This document shows, in pieces, positions 37,400-51,400 of a DNA stretch of 64,000 nt. The translations under genes and the position numbers were made by a program. This DNA comes from Botryllus schlosseri. Its lineage: Eukaryota. Within the stretch, counting starts at the first letter, position 1; the number at the start of each line of letters is the position of its first letter. Under the pieces are notes generated by a model that had not been told where the DNA came from, did no database searches, and saw nothing but the letters and a program-made list of their open reading frames with translations. The stretch spans positions 7,876,001 through 7,940,000 of the forward strand of contig CM119372.1 in assembly GCA_051294905.1 (NCBI GenBank). Direction: 5' to 3'.

Positions 37400-38735
37400 A
37401 TGAGACTTAATGAAGACACAGTCATAGTCGGGCAACTAGTTCTGCTTTTGCCATACAAAAGAAATCATGTCAAAAAGTACCATTCCTGGATGCAATGTCC
37501 TGAAATACAGGAGTCGACAGCCTCGGAACCTCTCACCCTTGAGCAAGAGTATGCCATGCAGAGATCGTGGAGGGAAGACAATGACAAGCTCACATTCATC
37601 GTAATCGACAAATCTCGGTGGGATACTTTCGGTATGTATGTTATGATAAACCATGACCGTGGACAGCTAGAAAATTGTCAACATTTTCAAATTAGACTAG
37701 AATCACCAGTACTGAATTCTTGGAGATTGGATTAAGTTCAGTTCGCATCAAATTAAATCAGAGCATCAAGCAGACATTTTCAGGAAAACCAAAAATTTGA
37801 TTAGAACTAAAACTAGAATATAGAACTTTTTCACAAATCAGATTGGAATATCTAGTTGTCCAAGTCTGTGAATATCCTCCATTCTTTGTTTCATAATGCC
37901 AATATACGAAAAGGACAGCACAGACAATGACACAATATTTAACTGCATAATACAGACAGTCCATGCACAAAATGCGAATCTGCATATTAAAGTTTTTATC
38001 CATGATTCAAGACCCTCATTTTTCTTGTATCTTCAAATGTGCCAAGAGCGTGTAAATTAGTTATTCAAAAAAAAAAAATCGCACTCGTGATACTCAACTC
38101 GCATTTGAGTACCGGTGCTAGAATTTTTGTGCCCAGCCCAGCTTTTAATATCTGAAGAATTGCAGTTATGAAAATCTGTGAACACTCATTCCGTACCATT
38201 CATCATTACTCACAGAAATACCTCAGTTGAACCTCGGTTGATTTTTAATGCTATCGAAAAAATTCTTGGTGACTAACCAAATCATGTTGTGAATCGCTGC
38301 ATACCGGTATGTAATTTTGCAGATTGCAGCACTGCTGATACTGAAACAGCTATCAAAAGGGAAGAGGCATGCATGGTGGGTGACGTCAATCTCTTCATCA
38401 ACGATGAAACAAGCAAAGAAACGGCCGAAATAGAAATTATGATCGCCGAAGTCAAATCGAGGAGCAGAGGTCTAGCGACAGAATCTCTCCAACTGATGAT
38501 GGCGTACGCTGTGAAACTTCTAGGAATTTACAAATTCATGGCAAAAATCGGCTGTAAAAACACTCCTAGTATCAATCTTTTCACTCGTAAGTTAGGATAC
38601 AAAGAGGAATCGCGCAGTGCAGTTTTCGATGAAGTGTGTTTGCTCAGAACAATCGACTCATTTGACAGTGTTGACCTTGGGATATCAGACTTGCATAGCA
38701 AGATGTTAGGGTATAACGAATTTAGCTCGAGGTAA
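37400..38735 (+). CDS. NAT9: N-acetyltransferase 9 (GNAT family), 2 exons, 214 aa
   Basis: Exons 37400-37631 and 38323-38735 (phase-1 GT-AG intron). Motifs MRLNE...HVKKYHSWM...TASEPLTLEQEYAMQRSWREDNDKLTFIV and MVGDVNLF...AEIEIMIAE are characteristic of NAT9. Confidence 0.93.
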
Positions 38736-39435
38736 CATCCCACGTATCACAGGCATTCTAGTCAGCAGCTACAACCGAAACAATCATTGAACTGTGGAAA
38801 TTTGTGCACTTATGTGGGTTTGTCAATAGTGTTATCACTGTAATCCAGAGCTCTGGGAATGTTTGCCGATTCCATGGAGTGTATATATAGGCTAATTGGT
38901 ACAATTCTATGGGTTTAACAAAGTTTCTGCAATAGCAGTCATGTGGTGTCAAAGTCGTATTTTACGTACGCGCAATCATGTGGTAACTAGGATGTCGTTT
39001 GTTCACGTATACGCAATCCTTGTTGCTGACATTGACATCATATGGTTCATTAAAAGATGTTAAGAAGGCAGGTGTCAAAGATCTCTGGAACCCTGAACAT
39101 GAGCATCGTGTGCCACTAGGAACTAAAATCACTCTAATGATCAGCTACATAGCAATTATGAACATGATGGCGATTTTATTGTTCTTCATTCATTAAAAAA
39201 TCAGCGTACATCATTTGCAATTAACGAATAAAATGCCCAATGCTCATGTTATTCCAAGCACTTTACTCAGTCCGAGTCCGGCAGGACCTCTCTACCCATG
39301 CTGCAAACACATGTTTCGCTGAAAGAGTATAATTTTACGGCTTCCACTTAGGCCACCTTGTATTTGACGTCCAAGATGTAACCTCAGCAAAATCAGTTTT
39401 TCATCTGGGTATTCGATAATCTGTCGTAGTTCGAA

Positions 39436-42400
39436 CTACCAACGCCCTCTCCGTGGACCCTGGTAACCTCGTCCCCCATTGCCTCTGCCACCAAAATCTC
39501 CATACCCTCTGCCACGGAAGCCTCCGTAGCCCCGCGGCGCTCCATAGCCACGCGGGGGACCGTCGAATCCACCGTATCCTCTGCCACCACGGTTGTAGCC
39601 GCCCTTTTAAGTAACACACCCGATCAGTTGCAAATATATCACTCTTATACTAACAAATCAAACATACCCGGAAGCTTCTGCCTTGACTTCCTCGGAAGTA
39701 CTTCTGTGGTGGGGCACCGTCCGGGCGAAAACTGAAACCGAAGAAGGTAAATTCTAATATGCCCGATGATGCCGAAACATGAACTTCAAGCTTGGCATTG
39801 ACTGAGTTATGTAGCTGATTGGCTTGATTCTGTATAGACATTTCATTGTCGCATCATGAAAATGTGGATGATTTGGAACGTTCAAATATGTATGTTTTAT
39901 CGGCCACAAAGAAAATAATCCCGTTACTAACCACATTGAAAATAATTTCATATTTATTTGAATATTTTTTTATTATTCGAACGTTTTGAATATACTTGTT
40001 GCATTGCACTTTGTTAGGATGTTGCAGATTGATTACAACTCTGCAGAAAAGTCGATTCCGTTATAGTGTGTCACTTTGTGCTAGATGTTCTGGATGCTAT
40101 ATTACAAGTGATTTGGGTTTCACTGCTTCCATGGAGGGAAGATAGTATCGAAACTAAAATTATCTTACTGACAAGAGCCATGTAATTTAAATAATCATTC
40201 TCTCACTTCTTGATTGCAATCATTACGATTAATACTTGATTAGGACTCGAGAACGTGAATCATTGTACCTAAATCAGATACAGACAACAAGTGTTTTTTT
40301 CATTCGCCGCGCTGCTTACAAGTCTTGATTTCAGAACCGAATCCACAGTAGATTAGATCAGGGTTGGAACTTTCGGTGAGATTTGAGCAGTCCAATCGCA
40401 GCAATTTGCGGCGTCGTTAGTAGTAGAAAGAATTAGTACAAAGCGCAGTACTCACCTCATCAGCGCGTCTTGTGGGTTGATTTCGCTTCCAGCTGCGCCA
40501 GGCCTCGACAATTCTCTCACCACGTTCATCATTTCGGCTTCTGCGGGCGGCGGGCTCGACACCGTTTCGGGCTCGGAAGTCGACCTCACGATGACAGCGT
40601 CCAGGGCGCTTCGCAAAGCCACGGCGGCCGCCGCCACCTCCACGGGCATGCGTAAGCTTATCCTAAATTTATCATTTCAATCAGCGACGACAAGATTTGC
40701 CAAAAAGCTGCATTGGCCAACGGGACACTGTTTGATAGCCTAACTACCAGATGCAGTCATCTGGGCAGAATAACAAGTAGTGTCAGGGCCCCTTGTGAGA
40801 TCACCTTGCTTTAGAGTTGAGGTTGGGGGTCGGGTATTTTAAACGGGTTATTTTAAACAATTTGGAAGGTACAAGAAGTACTAGAGTGGTAGTCTCAAAA
40901 ACCAGTAACATTTGAGGCATTGCATACTACTAGTAGCCGGAGGTGGGGCATCTTTGAAATTGAAAGATGCATCTTCTCAAATAACAAAGGATTACTAATG
41001 ACACGACTAACAATCCTACTTTTCAAAAAAATATCCAGATACTGGGGCATACTGCGCTAGGTTGTTACGACAATTTCACCAAGTAGAATTGATACAAAAA
41101 CCTATCCAAATCTGCGTTCTACTTCACGAAAAAGTGAGGCAGAGGCAGGTGTAAGCAGTTCTGCTCCGAAACATTTTATAGTGGAAGTAATCTGAGAACA
41201 AATCCACTCGAGTACCACAAGACAAGCTAGCATAGCACCCACCAATCGTCAATTTTGACCATCCCCCCTTGTGCGGAGACTTGACTGGAGCTGTAGATCA
41301 GTAGTTGCAGCGGAGTGACCATGGTCATTTGCTTGGCGCTGACGGCGCGGGTTCGAATCTGAATGTACAATCATATTTAGTGTCAGTATCACCAGGCCTT
41401 GACCTACAAATACACCAACGATACCAGACATGGTCAGAGTAATTTAGTAAAAGGTTGCCATAACGGTAACTGTCTATTCAATAAAAAGTAGCAATTTCAA
41501 AGGCATGTCAAAAGTACTTCAATTATAAGGTAGAAAATAAAGACCTGAAAGTAGATTCGGTCAATGGGTCGCATGCTTTTAGCGGTTAATCGGAGGTGGC
41601 CACTTTCCAAACTACAGGTTGCATATTTGCGACTAGCGCAATATGAGACCACAAATAGGTGCATTTTTGAAAATATTCTCAGTTACCACGGCACAGGGAC
41701 GATTTCCACCAATTGACACGACTATTTTGGCCATCAAAGTAATTCGAGCATATCCCAAAACCACGTTCTACTTCACAAAATTCAAAGCGTAAAAGATTTA
41801 GTAGTTTTACCTAAAAACTGTCGAGTGGATGTGTAAATAGCCTAAAAACATGACCACTTCAGTAAGCAGTACGAGTAGGCACAACCTTGAGTAAAAAGTA
41901 GAACTTTGTCACTGGCCACCTCTTAATAATACACACAATGCATGAGGTAGCGTGACACGCTGGTACCGTACCTTCTCGCCAAAGACAAAGAACGGCGATG
42001 GAAACTTGCAATCTTTGTTGCCAAACGGGCAGTTCACAGACGACTTGTGAATGAGCGCGGCTCGAGATTCGCAGAGTACCTGCAAGTAACAAGGTCACAG
42101 CATCACCTTCAATCGAGCACAGCAATCAAAACTGTTGAAAAAACTAAAAAGTGACGACTCTCATTGCTAGACTCGGATCACAGTACTCAACAAGTACCCA
42201 AATCTGAATTGAATCTGATTAATTCTAATAATGATTCGAACTGAGTAGGGCGAGATGATTTTTTCAAGCACTAAAATTATACACTCCTTGACAATAGGAG
42301 AGTAAATTTATCAACAACAATTGTAGCTTCAATATTATATTTCGCTCTGAAAGGCTTGAAACCTCAATTGGTCATATCTCAGCATATGAAACTTGTAGTA

Positions 42401-45400
42401 CCAATCCACGCACGTTAGTGGAAACGACATATCTATGAAGTCGCGATCAACCCACAGAGTTGTCACAAAGTGCAATGAAATAGGCATGGTCAAAAAAATA
42501 CCAAATTACCATTGATGTGATGCATAACTGGCATTCTATTCTTTGCGGCCACATCAAAGGTAGATATTAAAACTTTCCACATCATTCATACTGCTTCGTT
42601 GCCATATAGAGTGATACTAGACTCCAAGCCTAATACTTCATTCAAAATCCAATCACTCAGGTGACCGATTATGTCCAACCCTATTCAAAACCCATCCTTG
42701 CCATTGACCAAAATTCTGGGATTAGACACATGGCCAATGGACATGTATCCTACGATGCATTTCTATAGATGTTTTTATGGAAGGTGACATTCCAGACGAG
42801 AGCACAACAATTTCAAACCTTTCGTCTTTCTTTGTGCACGCAGACATTGGGGTAGACGCCGACACATAGCAACGAAATAGCGATATCCAGTTTGTTATCT
42901 TCTCCGTTGTAATTGAAGTACTGACGCTCCAGGCACTCTTCCGGAAAGCCCTGAAATTTGCATAGAGTACGTTTGAAACGCATCATTGCCCAGATTCACA
43001 GCGTCTTGATGGGTTTGGATATGTCTCGGTAATATACTTCTTGGTTGAGCATAATAACAGACACAATAACACTAGATGACAACCGGATATTGACCTCGTT
43101 GATGAGTATGTCTTTCAGTTGATTGCGAGCCTCCGACGTCATTCTCAGCGTGGTCATCGTGAGCTGTTTTCGGTCGCAATAGTCTTTCTCTTGGTCTTCG
43201 CCTCTCAAACTAGAATTGAATATTGTCAGTCACGAGTCGCACAGAGTACAAAAAATAAGAAACAGCACACGATATAACAGCGATCCGCGACTGCAGCGCT
43301 AGATATGGCATTTTATGCCGGGTAGTGTTCAATATTAAAAAGCAAAGTCTGCTTCAAAGATATTCAATGGTCATTCATAATATTCACAACCACAGTAGTT
43401 CAGTGGTTACACGAGTGGCGCCAGCCAGAGGTGGTTGAAGTAGCAGTGATTTCCAAGTCACGTCGAAAATACTATTAGTTTGTTGAAACTGCTTAGAAAA
43501 TGTATTTGGTTCAACTGTCAACTTGATATAAAGGTTCATCATAGCCAAAGTTGTGTTTTGACTCGCGTCCTAGTCCTAGTTCACTGTTAAGTTTCAGTTC
43601 AATCCGGCACAATCCACTTTTTCCAACTCTGCTCGAGTTATATAGAATGGCTCGCATTCATATCTTAGTAAATTTTCCTCAATCCTAACAGTTTCTGACC
43701 CTATTTTCCAAGTATTAGGACTGATCGACGAAATACCGTTAATATGGCGACTTCACTATTCTTCGAAGTTACAATGAAACGTCTGTCTTGGCCGTGCTAG
43801 TCTCGGGTCATATGACTTGGTTCGAGTCATGCACAATGACTCAAGTACAAGTCGAGTCAATACTGTACAGAAAGTGACTCGAGTCGACTCATTTTACAGA
43901 TGACTCGAGTCAAGTTGAGTCACCAAAAATTCATGACTAAAGTAAGATAACTAACTAACGTCACAACAAATTGGTGCAATTTCCTAAAATTTTTTCGGGT
44001 ACCATGAAGCTGCCTCATTTCAACCAGTTGTTATGACGATTTCATTCTGAAACCGTGGCGGAAACAAATCCCAATTCTACATTATACTTAACAAAATCTA
44101 AAGTCTAAAAAGCGAATATCTTTGCGTAAAAAAATGTCAACCACTAGAGTCAGTAGAGCAAGTAAGCAAAACCTGCGAGAGCATTCTGAAAAAGAAGTAA
44201 TTTGTTGATCGTGATTCCGCATAGAGATACTGATCGGCGAAGAAGTACTATGTACTATGTCCTTGAGCGATTCTAGGCAAAACTAGGCCTGGAACACTTC
44301 CTTTTTTACTTACTTAACAATTGCTACTTATACTTGAGTAGAAATTTACATCGTTGATTCTACTTCTACTTCTACTTGAGAATGCCAACGATATCACTGA
44401 TGAAGGAGATAGAAATAGAGCATAGCGTTCACCTGACGCTTTCCCAAGCGTTGAAGCAAGACAGCAACGCGACGTGGTCGGAAAATCTCTCCCCGGCGAA
44501 ATCGCGATGTTTCCAACTCAACCGCTTTCCGAGCATCTCGAACGGTTCCGGAAAACAGGCCGCCGCCGCTATGATGCACATCGCGTCTCCGACACTGAAA
44601 GACAACAAATTCATTACTCCTTTAACCAGCGCAAATGTTATCGAGAGCAGTTTCAAGACTAGATGGGCATATTTTCTGCGGGCGATATTACTCAATTTGA
44701 GACAGAGCCGAAAAAAATCCATCAGATACTTAGCTTTCGACTTTGAGAATGATATCAGGAAACAGATTTATCGCGAAAAAATACAACTTTTATCGACATG
44801 ACCCGGTTGATATTTTGCACCGAAAAACAAGTCCACCCAAAACTCACAAGAAGTTACAACCAAGAACGATCATCTTCCCGAGACGGGGCTCCAAAGGAAG
44901 CTTTGCCAAAATCCTGCCAAGCGGCGTGAGCTCGTCGTTCTTATCGAGGGCGTTGATTTCCCTCAAAAGATGTTCCGCTTCGATCACGGCATCGAGAGGT
45001 GGTGGTTCCAGGGCCTGCAGAAATCGAGCCATACGTTTTTCTCGCGGAAAAGATTACATAAAAAGGTTGAGGTCAAGCATACTTTTCTATCTCGCTGAGA
45101 TGTGTTCTCCGTGATCATCACTAAACAATGACCCCAATGAACATGTCAAAATTGACGGTGTTTCACAGGATCATCATCAACTCTGCTTTCAATGATACTC
45201 GATACATGCACGTTGGAGAAGCCGAGCTTTTATAGTGGGATAAGGTTTGGGAGTTAGCATTAGGGTATCAAAAAGCAAACAAACATAATAACAACCACTA
45301 AGCTAACCTGAACCCAAGTTTCATGGAAAACACAGCTGATGATCAGACGAAAAGCCCGTAACTTTGACATGTTGATAGGGGACACTCATTGGCCCTGGTC

Positions 45401-48400
45401 ATGTGAAACATTTCCCAATGTGGATTAGAAAGTACACTACAGACCCAAAAAGCATACCTTGGAGAGAAATTCGCCAATACTGCCAAGCTGCAGAAGCTTG
45501 ATGCTGAGAGCAATTTCGTGCAAGGGCGTCCGTAACATTTCCGGGGTGGAATGGGTGTCGAGCCTGAGAATGTATGACAAGTTCTTTTTAAATGCCCGAG
45601 TTCAGAGCGAGAATTCGATCCTACTAAAAATCTGGAAGATAACCAAACTCTGTTTTCGATTTCCGCCCAAATTCTCTACGGTCTACGCAAACGCGTAAAT
45701 CCTGCACTAAAACTACCGTGAAAACCAGATTTATGCAGTTTTCGAATTATCAAGTTACATCGATACCACTCTCAGATTTCAAGCAAACCTGAGTACCGAA
45801 CATGACCTACGCATTTGATATAAGTTACAATTACATGTCGTAATCAATACGCTGGGCATAGTATGGTATGGCATGGAAAGGGAAATCTCTATAGTCCATG
45901 CCCGTTCCACTCGTTCCATACCTACAATAACAGACTATGTGCCCTGTCGACAGGGCAAGATTAGGAATACACATGCACCTACTTTTCGTGACGCGCCCTG
46001 CTGCACATGTAGAAACAGAATCCCGGACGCACACGCCCGGCACGACCTTTACGCTGTTCTAGATTGGACTGAGACGCCCACACGGTGGCGTAGTTGGTCA
46101 TATTGTTGTGAGACGTGAACATCTTCATTTTCACCCTGGCAGAAGACGCGAAAATCGACAAAAATGCCTGTCGTTCTTCGACCCTCAGACTTACTTGCAC
46201 GAATCGATAACGTAGACAACGTCATTGATGGTGATGCTGGTCTCGGCGATATTCGTCGACAAGATTATCTGTGAATAATCATTGCTAAATCAAGTTACAG
46301 GCACAAGGTGTAGCCCGGTTGAAAATTTGGGGGATGGAAATTGTTCGGATGGGCGAGGACTTAGCAACAATGTTCTGACGACAGTGATTCATTGTGACGT
46401 AGTTTTTGGCGGCTTTCGTCGCGCTGGCAATTCCACTTCATTTCTTATTTTACCATTTAAATATTCTATTTCAGTATGCGCCAAAGTGTTGTTAGGAATC
46501 TCGCATGTTCAGTGATACTGGAACTATACACATGGGGCTTTCAGCTCGAATATGATCATTAGAAATATCTTGCGACTCTTACAGAGCACTTCCCGTTTTC
46601 CAATATATTCGATACCCCCGTGGCAACCAGGAAATAAATTTGCATGGAAATGGAGTAGTTGCGACAAGTATACTGACAAGACAGTAATACATGAAGATGA
46701 GTAGGTCAGGAAGCCTACACTTCTTTTTTATCTCATCGAAAATCGTTCACCCTGCGGTAACAATACTGATTTCAAAGTATTTCCGTTGTCTGCTGCGCCA
46801 AAAATCAAGCAGTCATAAAGCACCACTTGGAAAACATACATTTCAACGTACCTTGGTAACTCCGTCTGGAACCGGTTGAAAGACTTTATGCTGGTCCTCC
46901 CTCGGTATTTGCGAATGCAGCGGCAATATCCTGTATTTCGGACCGCCTGACAAAAATCAAGTCAAGTCGTATGCTTGGCGAAATACATTGCGGCGTTGCG
47001 AGTCGAGATGGGGCCTGTAATCTCAGTGCTCGAAATAAAATGTCTCTTACGAATCAACTCGAATCATCACAATTGATACTAGATCCTTGCACCCAGACTT
47101 GACAACAAGAAAATTTTCAGTTCTTCTAAACTAGATTAGAATTGATATTATAGCTATAAAGTTTTTTCTAAATTATATTAGAACTATAGCTACACAGTAT
47201 TTTTGAAATTAGACAAGAGTTATAGCTACATGGATTTTCCTAACTAGGATCAGAATTGAAATTACTGAATTCCCAAAAACTTGGAAAGTTCAGTCCATAG
47301 CAAATCAGAGTTCATCCTCATGCAGCAATCATGGTCGTTACTACGATACAATATATATAGTTTACAATTCTTCTGTAGCATTTTCAGGAAGACCAGTAAT
47401 TAGGCTAGAATTAAAAATAGAGCGTAGAAACATTCCGCCAATTTGACTAGAACCGATTAGACGTTTCAATTAGACGTTTATCAAGTTGTCTAAGCCTGCA
47501 CCCAACCTTTCTTATTACAGTATCTAAAATCATACATATCGCCACCATCTCAATTCAATCTCGCGAACCAGATCTCACCGAAAACAGGATGCCCTTCCAA
47601 ATGCTTCATGAGAAGGAAGATCAAATTCCATCCCGGCAAAAACACCAGCACAGCTCCGGGCACGTTGAGGCCTGCGACGCAACGCGCACAAATTCACAAC
47701 CGCGCAAAGCACGCCTGTGTGCCTGTGTTCACGTCATGTTTACCTGCTATGTACTTGAGCAGAGCCTCCAACAGATCGAAACTCAGCTCTTTCTCGTTGA
47801 GCATGGAGAGCGCGTGCCGCGTCGCTTCCGAATACTTCCCGCTCACGCAGAGGTTCATGTTCTCCTAGAAAATCGGGACGGGATACACAGTAAAGACTTG
47901 GGCGTGTGGATAAATCTATTTCTATAATTGGACTAATTAGAGCGAAACACAGGTAATATACCCTAATCTAATTTGTGAAATGTTTCTATGCTCTAATTTC
48001 AATTCTAATATAATTTCTGGCTGTCCTGAAAATGCTAGAAGAGAACTGTATAGTGCGAAACGAACCAGGCTTGCTGCACAGACATTTGCCGTCCTCGTGG
48101 ATTCGATACAAGCTGAACTTGCAATTAACAAGTTTTCGCGAATTCGGTAATTCTAATCTAATTTCGAAGAAGTCGTGTAGCTATTATGCTAATTGTGGTC
48201 TCATCAGAAAGAAACTGTGTAGTTATAATTGCGTTTCTAGTTTGATTTGGAAAAATTTAGCAGTTCTATTTCTGATCAATTTGGAAAAAGCTGTGTAGTC
48301 ATAATTCCAATTGTAGTCTAATTAGAAAGAAAATGTGTAGCAGTGGCGTAGGCAGGGGGTGTTTCGGGTGTCCAAACAACCCCGTTTCCAAGCTTGAATA

Positions 48401-51400
48401 TCCCCCCTCCCCCCCGCCTTTCGAATTCCAAGTCTAGTGCGAATATGTCTTGGCATAATCGCTCATTTGTAGTTGATACATGGTGAACGTTTCGACTGAA
48501 CGATCAATGCCAAGATACCCTTTTTCGCCGATTCTTCTCCCGTCTGTGAGAACGAGAGTGCTGTGGCTATCATGTTACAACACTGCAGGGGATCTCTCCA
48601 TTTCGCATTTCAAATAAGTTGGCGTTTTACAAATCAAATGACTAATGTGGAGTCTATTCGATACATGAATGTATTTGATACCATGATTCAGTTGTGTGAC
48701 GTAACGTCTGCCTTTTAGTTCTGCTATGGTGTCTCATGTCGTGCTTTCACATACTCAGCCAAAAACAATCAGACGCATCAGAGGAAAAATTAGGTTGCCC
48801 AGCGATTAGCTATGTAGCATATAACAGTTCTATAAATGCTTAACGTAATGTGATAATAACGAGAAGATATAGTCCTAGACAATTCGCATTCCTCACTTTC
48901 AAGCCGTTATCCCATTGAGGAATACTTTTTCGATTACAAGCCTGAGCCTAAGCCACACTTTACCAGAGGTTTTACCATCCCAACACTACATTATTTCAGC
49001 TAACGATAACATGTTGTATCAAATCTCATGGCGGATAATTTGAATTTGTGAATCTGGTTCTGGTACAATATCAAGTCACGGCCGCTACTCATTTGAACGC
49101 AAAATTATAAGGTTTCCGCCTGATTGAAATATGATCTGAGCGCGTGTGCTGCCAATGTCATAACTAGCTATCAGTAATCAGAGGCGTACCCACGAAGAGA
49201 CGTATTCGGGATGCTATCGATCGCGGTGTGTGGCATTGGCGCTACATTTCAATATATCAGGGCTATGTTAACATGAGTGACGTTATCTGACTCTTGTGGT
49301 AGTATCATTTGTGCATATAATTGGCCCGATAAATCCAGTATAATTTAGAACATCCTCTGTTTCCTAACATCCCCCTTTTCTTTAGAACACCGCACTTTAA
49401 TCTCAACTAGCTACGCGACTGCTGTGTAGTTATAATATAATTTCCAGTCTAATTTGAAAAAACTGTGCAGCTATAATTCTAATTCTAATCTAATTTGGAA
49501 ACGCTGAAAATTTCCTAGTTGGCCTAGTCTGATACGGTGACAAACCAATGCGGCAGAACGAGGATAAAAAGGACAATTACCTCGTCGTCAACTCCAATTC
49601 CATCTTCGTCATCGTCATTGTTTTTACGATCTTTGCGCTTTTTGGCCGTCACGGGCGGAGGTATGAAGCCCAGCATTTGGACGCAATCTTCCAGGAAATA
49701 TTCTGCACAAAACCGAAGGAACTGGAGACTTAATAAAACATAATAATATTTAATAATGATATAATAATTGATAGCAGTGCTGTTCTATCGGAAGTGCAAC
49801 AATTTGTCAAAGGTGTACTACCGCTATTGGATGTACATGTACAGGGCTGCACCACTCACCAGATACAGAGAGTACGACATCATGCAACTTGTAGTCGATG
49901 ATGACCCTTTTTTAGACGTCACAACGCTAGTGAGGGCGAGATATTAGGACTGGGTGAGAATGTAGATTATTTTTTATTTCTGTTAGTCAATAGTCATCAG
50001 CACCGGGGTGTATAACTTTTATGTTAACGTTAATGGGGTATACCATTCCGAGAAAGGTTTGAGAATTTTGACAGCACTGATTTGGAGCGTTGAATATATA
50101 GCAATACGCGGGGGCTATTAAAATATAAAAAGTCAAAAACATGCATAAAAGACTGGATACATAGTTGTTATCAAATAATTAGCACTACTGTAGTTGGAAT
50201 GCAAGCATAAGTAAAACCATTTTGATTTTACGCATGAAGCAGGTTGCGGTTTTACCGGAAAGCAATGTCAAAGTGTAATAGACTCTTTCCGTTACATCAA
50301 TTTCGGCATAACAATGGATGGTGTTTGTTTGAATCTCAAACCCAGAACAGGAGCAGGACTTATATTAATTCCGCTCATATCTCCAGCGCGTGCATAAAAA
50401 TAATATATGGTCGGCGGCATTCGGTGCTCATATACCAAGTGCCGTACCGGTATATCGTAATTCACTCTCATATTCAGTGAAACATTTAATTTTGAATTTA
50501 TTGGTAGAAAACTGACGCACCGCTTTCATAACTGGTAATCACCCTAGCGCCGTCAACTGCGATCACCAAAATGTAGCTAAAAGTCAACGAAACTGCTAGC
50601 CGTATCACCGAAAAATACCTCACCCTGCACGGGATGCGTACGTCCGTGAACCTCCACCACCGGGCAGTTGTTGAAATACTGCGAGAAGATGGTCGTGTCG
50701 ATGGTGGCGGACATGAGAACGATGCGGATCCCGGAATACGTGGCGACAATGTCACGGAGCACGACCAACAGAAAGTCGCTCTGACACAAATAAATCAGAG
50801 ACAATTTACCACAAGCCATCAAGTATAAGCAGTACTACTCGGACAGAAGTAAAAGTAATATTACAAGTAGAAGTGTCAAAAAGTAGAAAAGGTCTAAAAA
50901 GTAGGCCTGCTCTAGTAACTAGTTTCAAAACGTTGATTTGTTCCAGAGTACACTTTTGTCAGATAAGAATCGGAGGTGACTACAAGGAAGGAAGGACGTA
51001 GTTTATTTTTGTCGTTGATGTTTTTGCGGCATATACACCGACTCATGATACACATACACACGATCTGCGCATATGCATACCATGAGTGCATGATGTGCAT
51101 ATGCTGCTGGACAAGGAAGTGCAGATATAGCCTTTACGGCTTTCTAAGTCATGCACCACATCTCCATGCTATCCCAGTAATGCATGAGCGCCGAGCAGGG
51201 AAGCCATGGATACCAGTGTTACTAATCAGGTCATTGGTTTGACCCGGCCTGGAATCGAACCCACGACCTACCGATCAAGAAGCCGGACGCTCAACCATTA
51301 CGCAATCTAAACAGTAAGATGTAGCTTTGCGACTAACGCAGGATGACTATTGACACAAAAACCAAGCACAATTTTTGACAATATCTTCAGTGTTACAGGG

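Noticed and set aside
41260..41272. Frameshift or non-canonical introns in DHX9
   Set aside because: The run has six G on the coding strand, which keeps the frame ([10 protein letters not shown]). All 29 introns are GT-AG.
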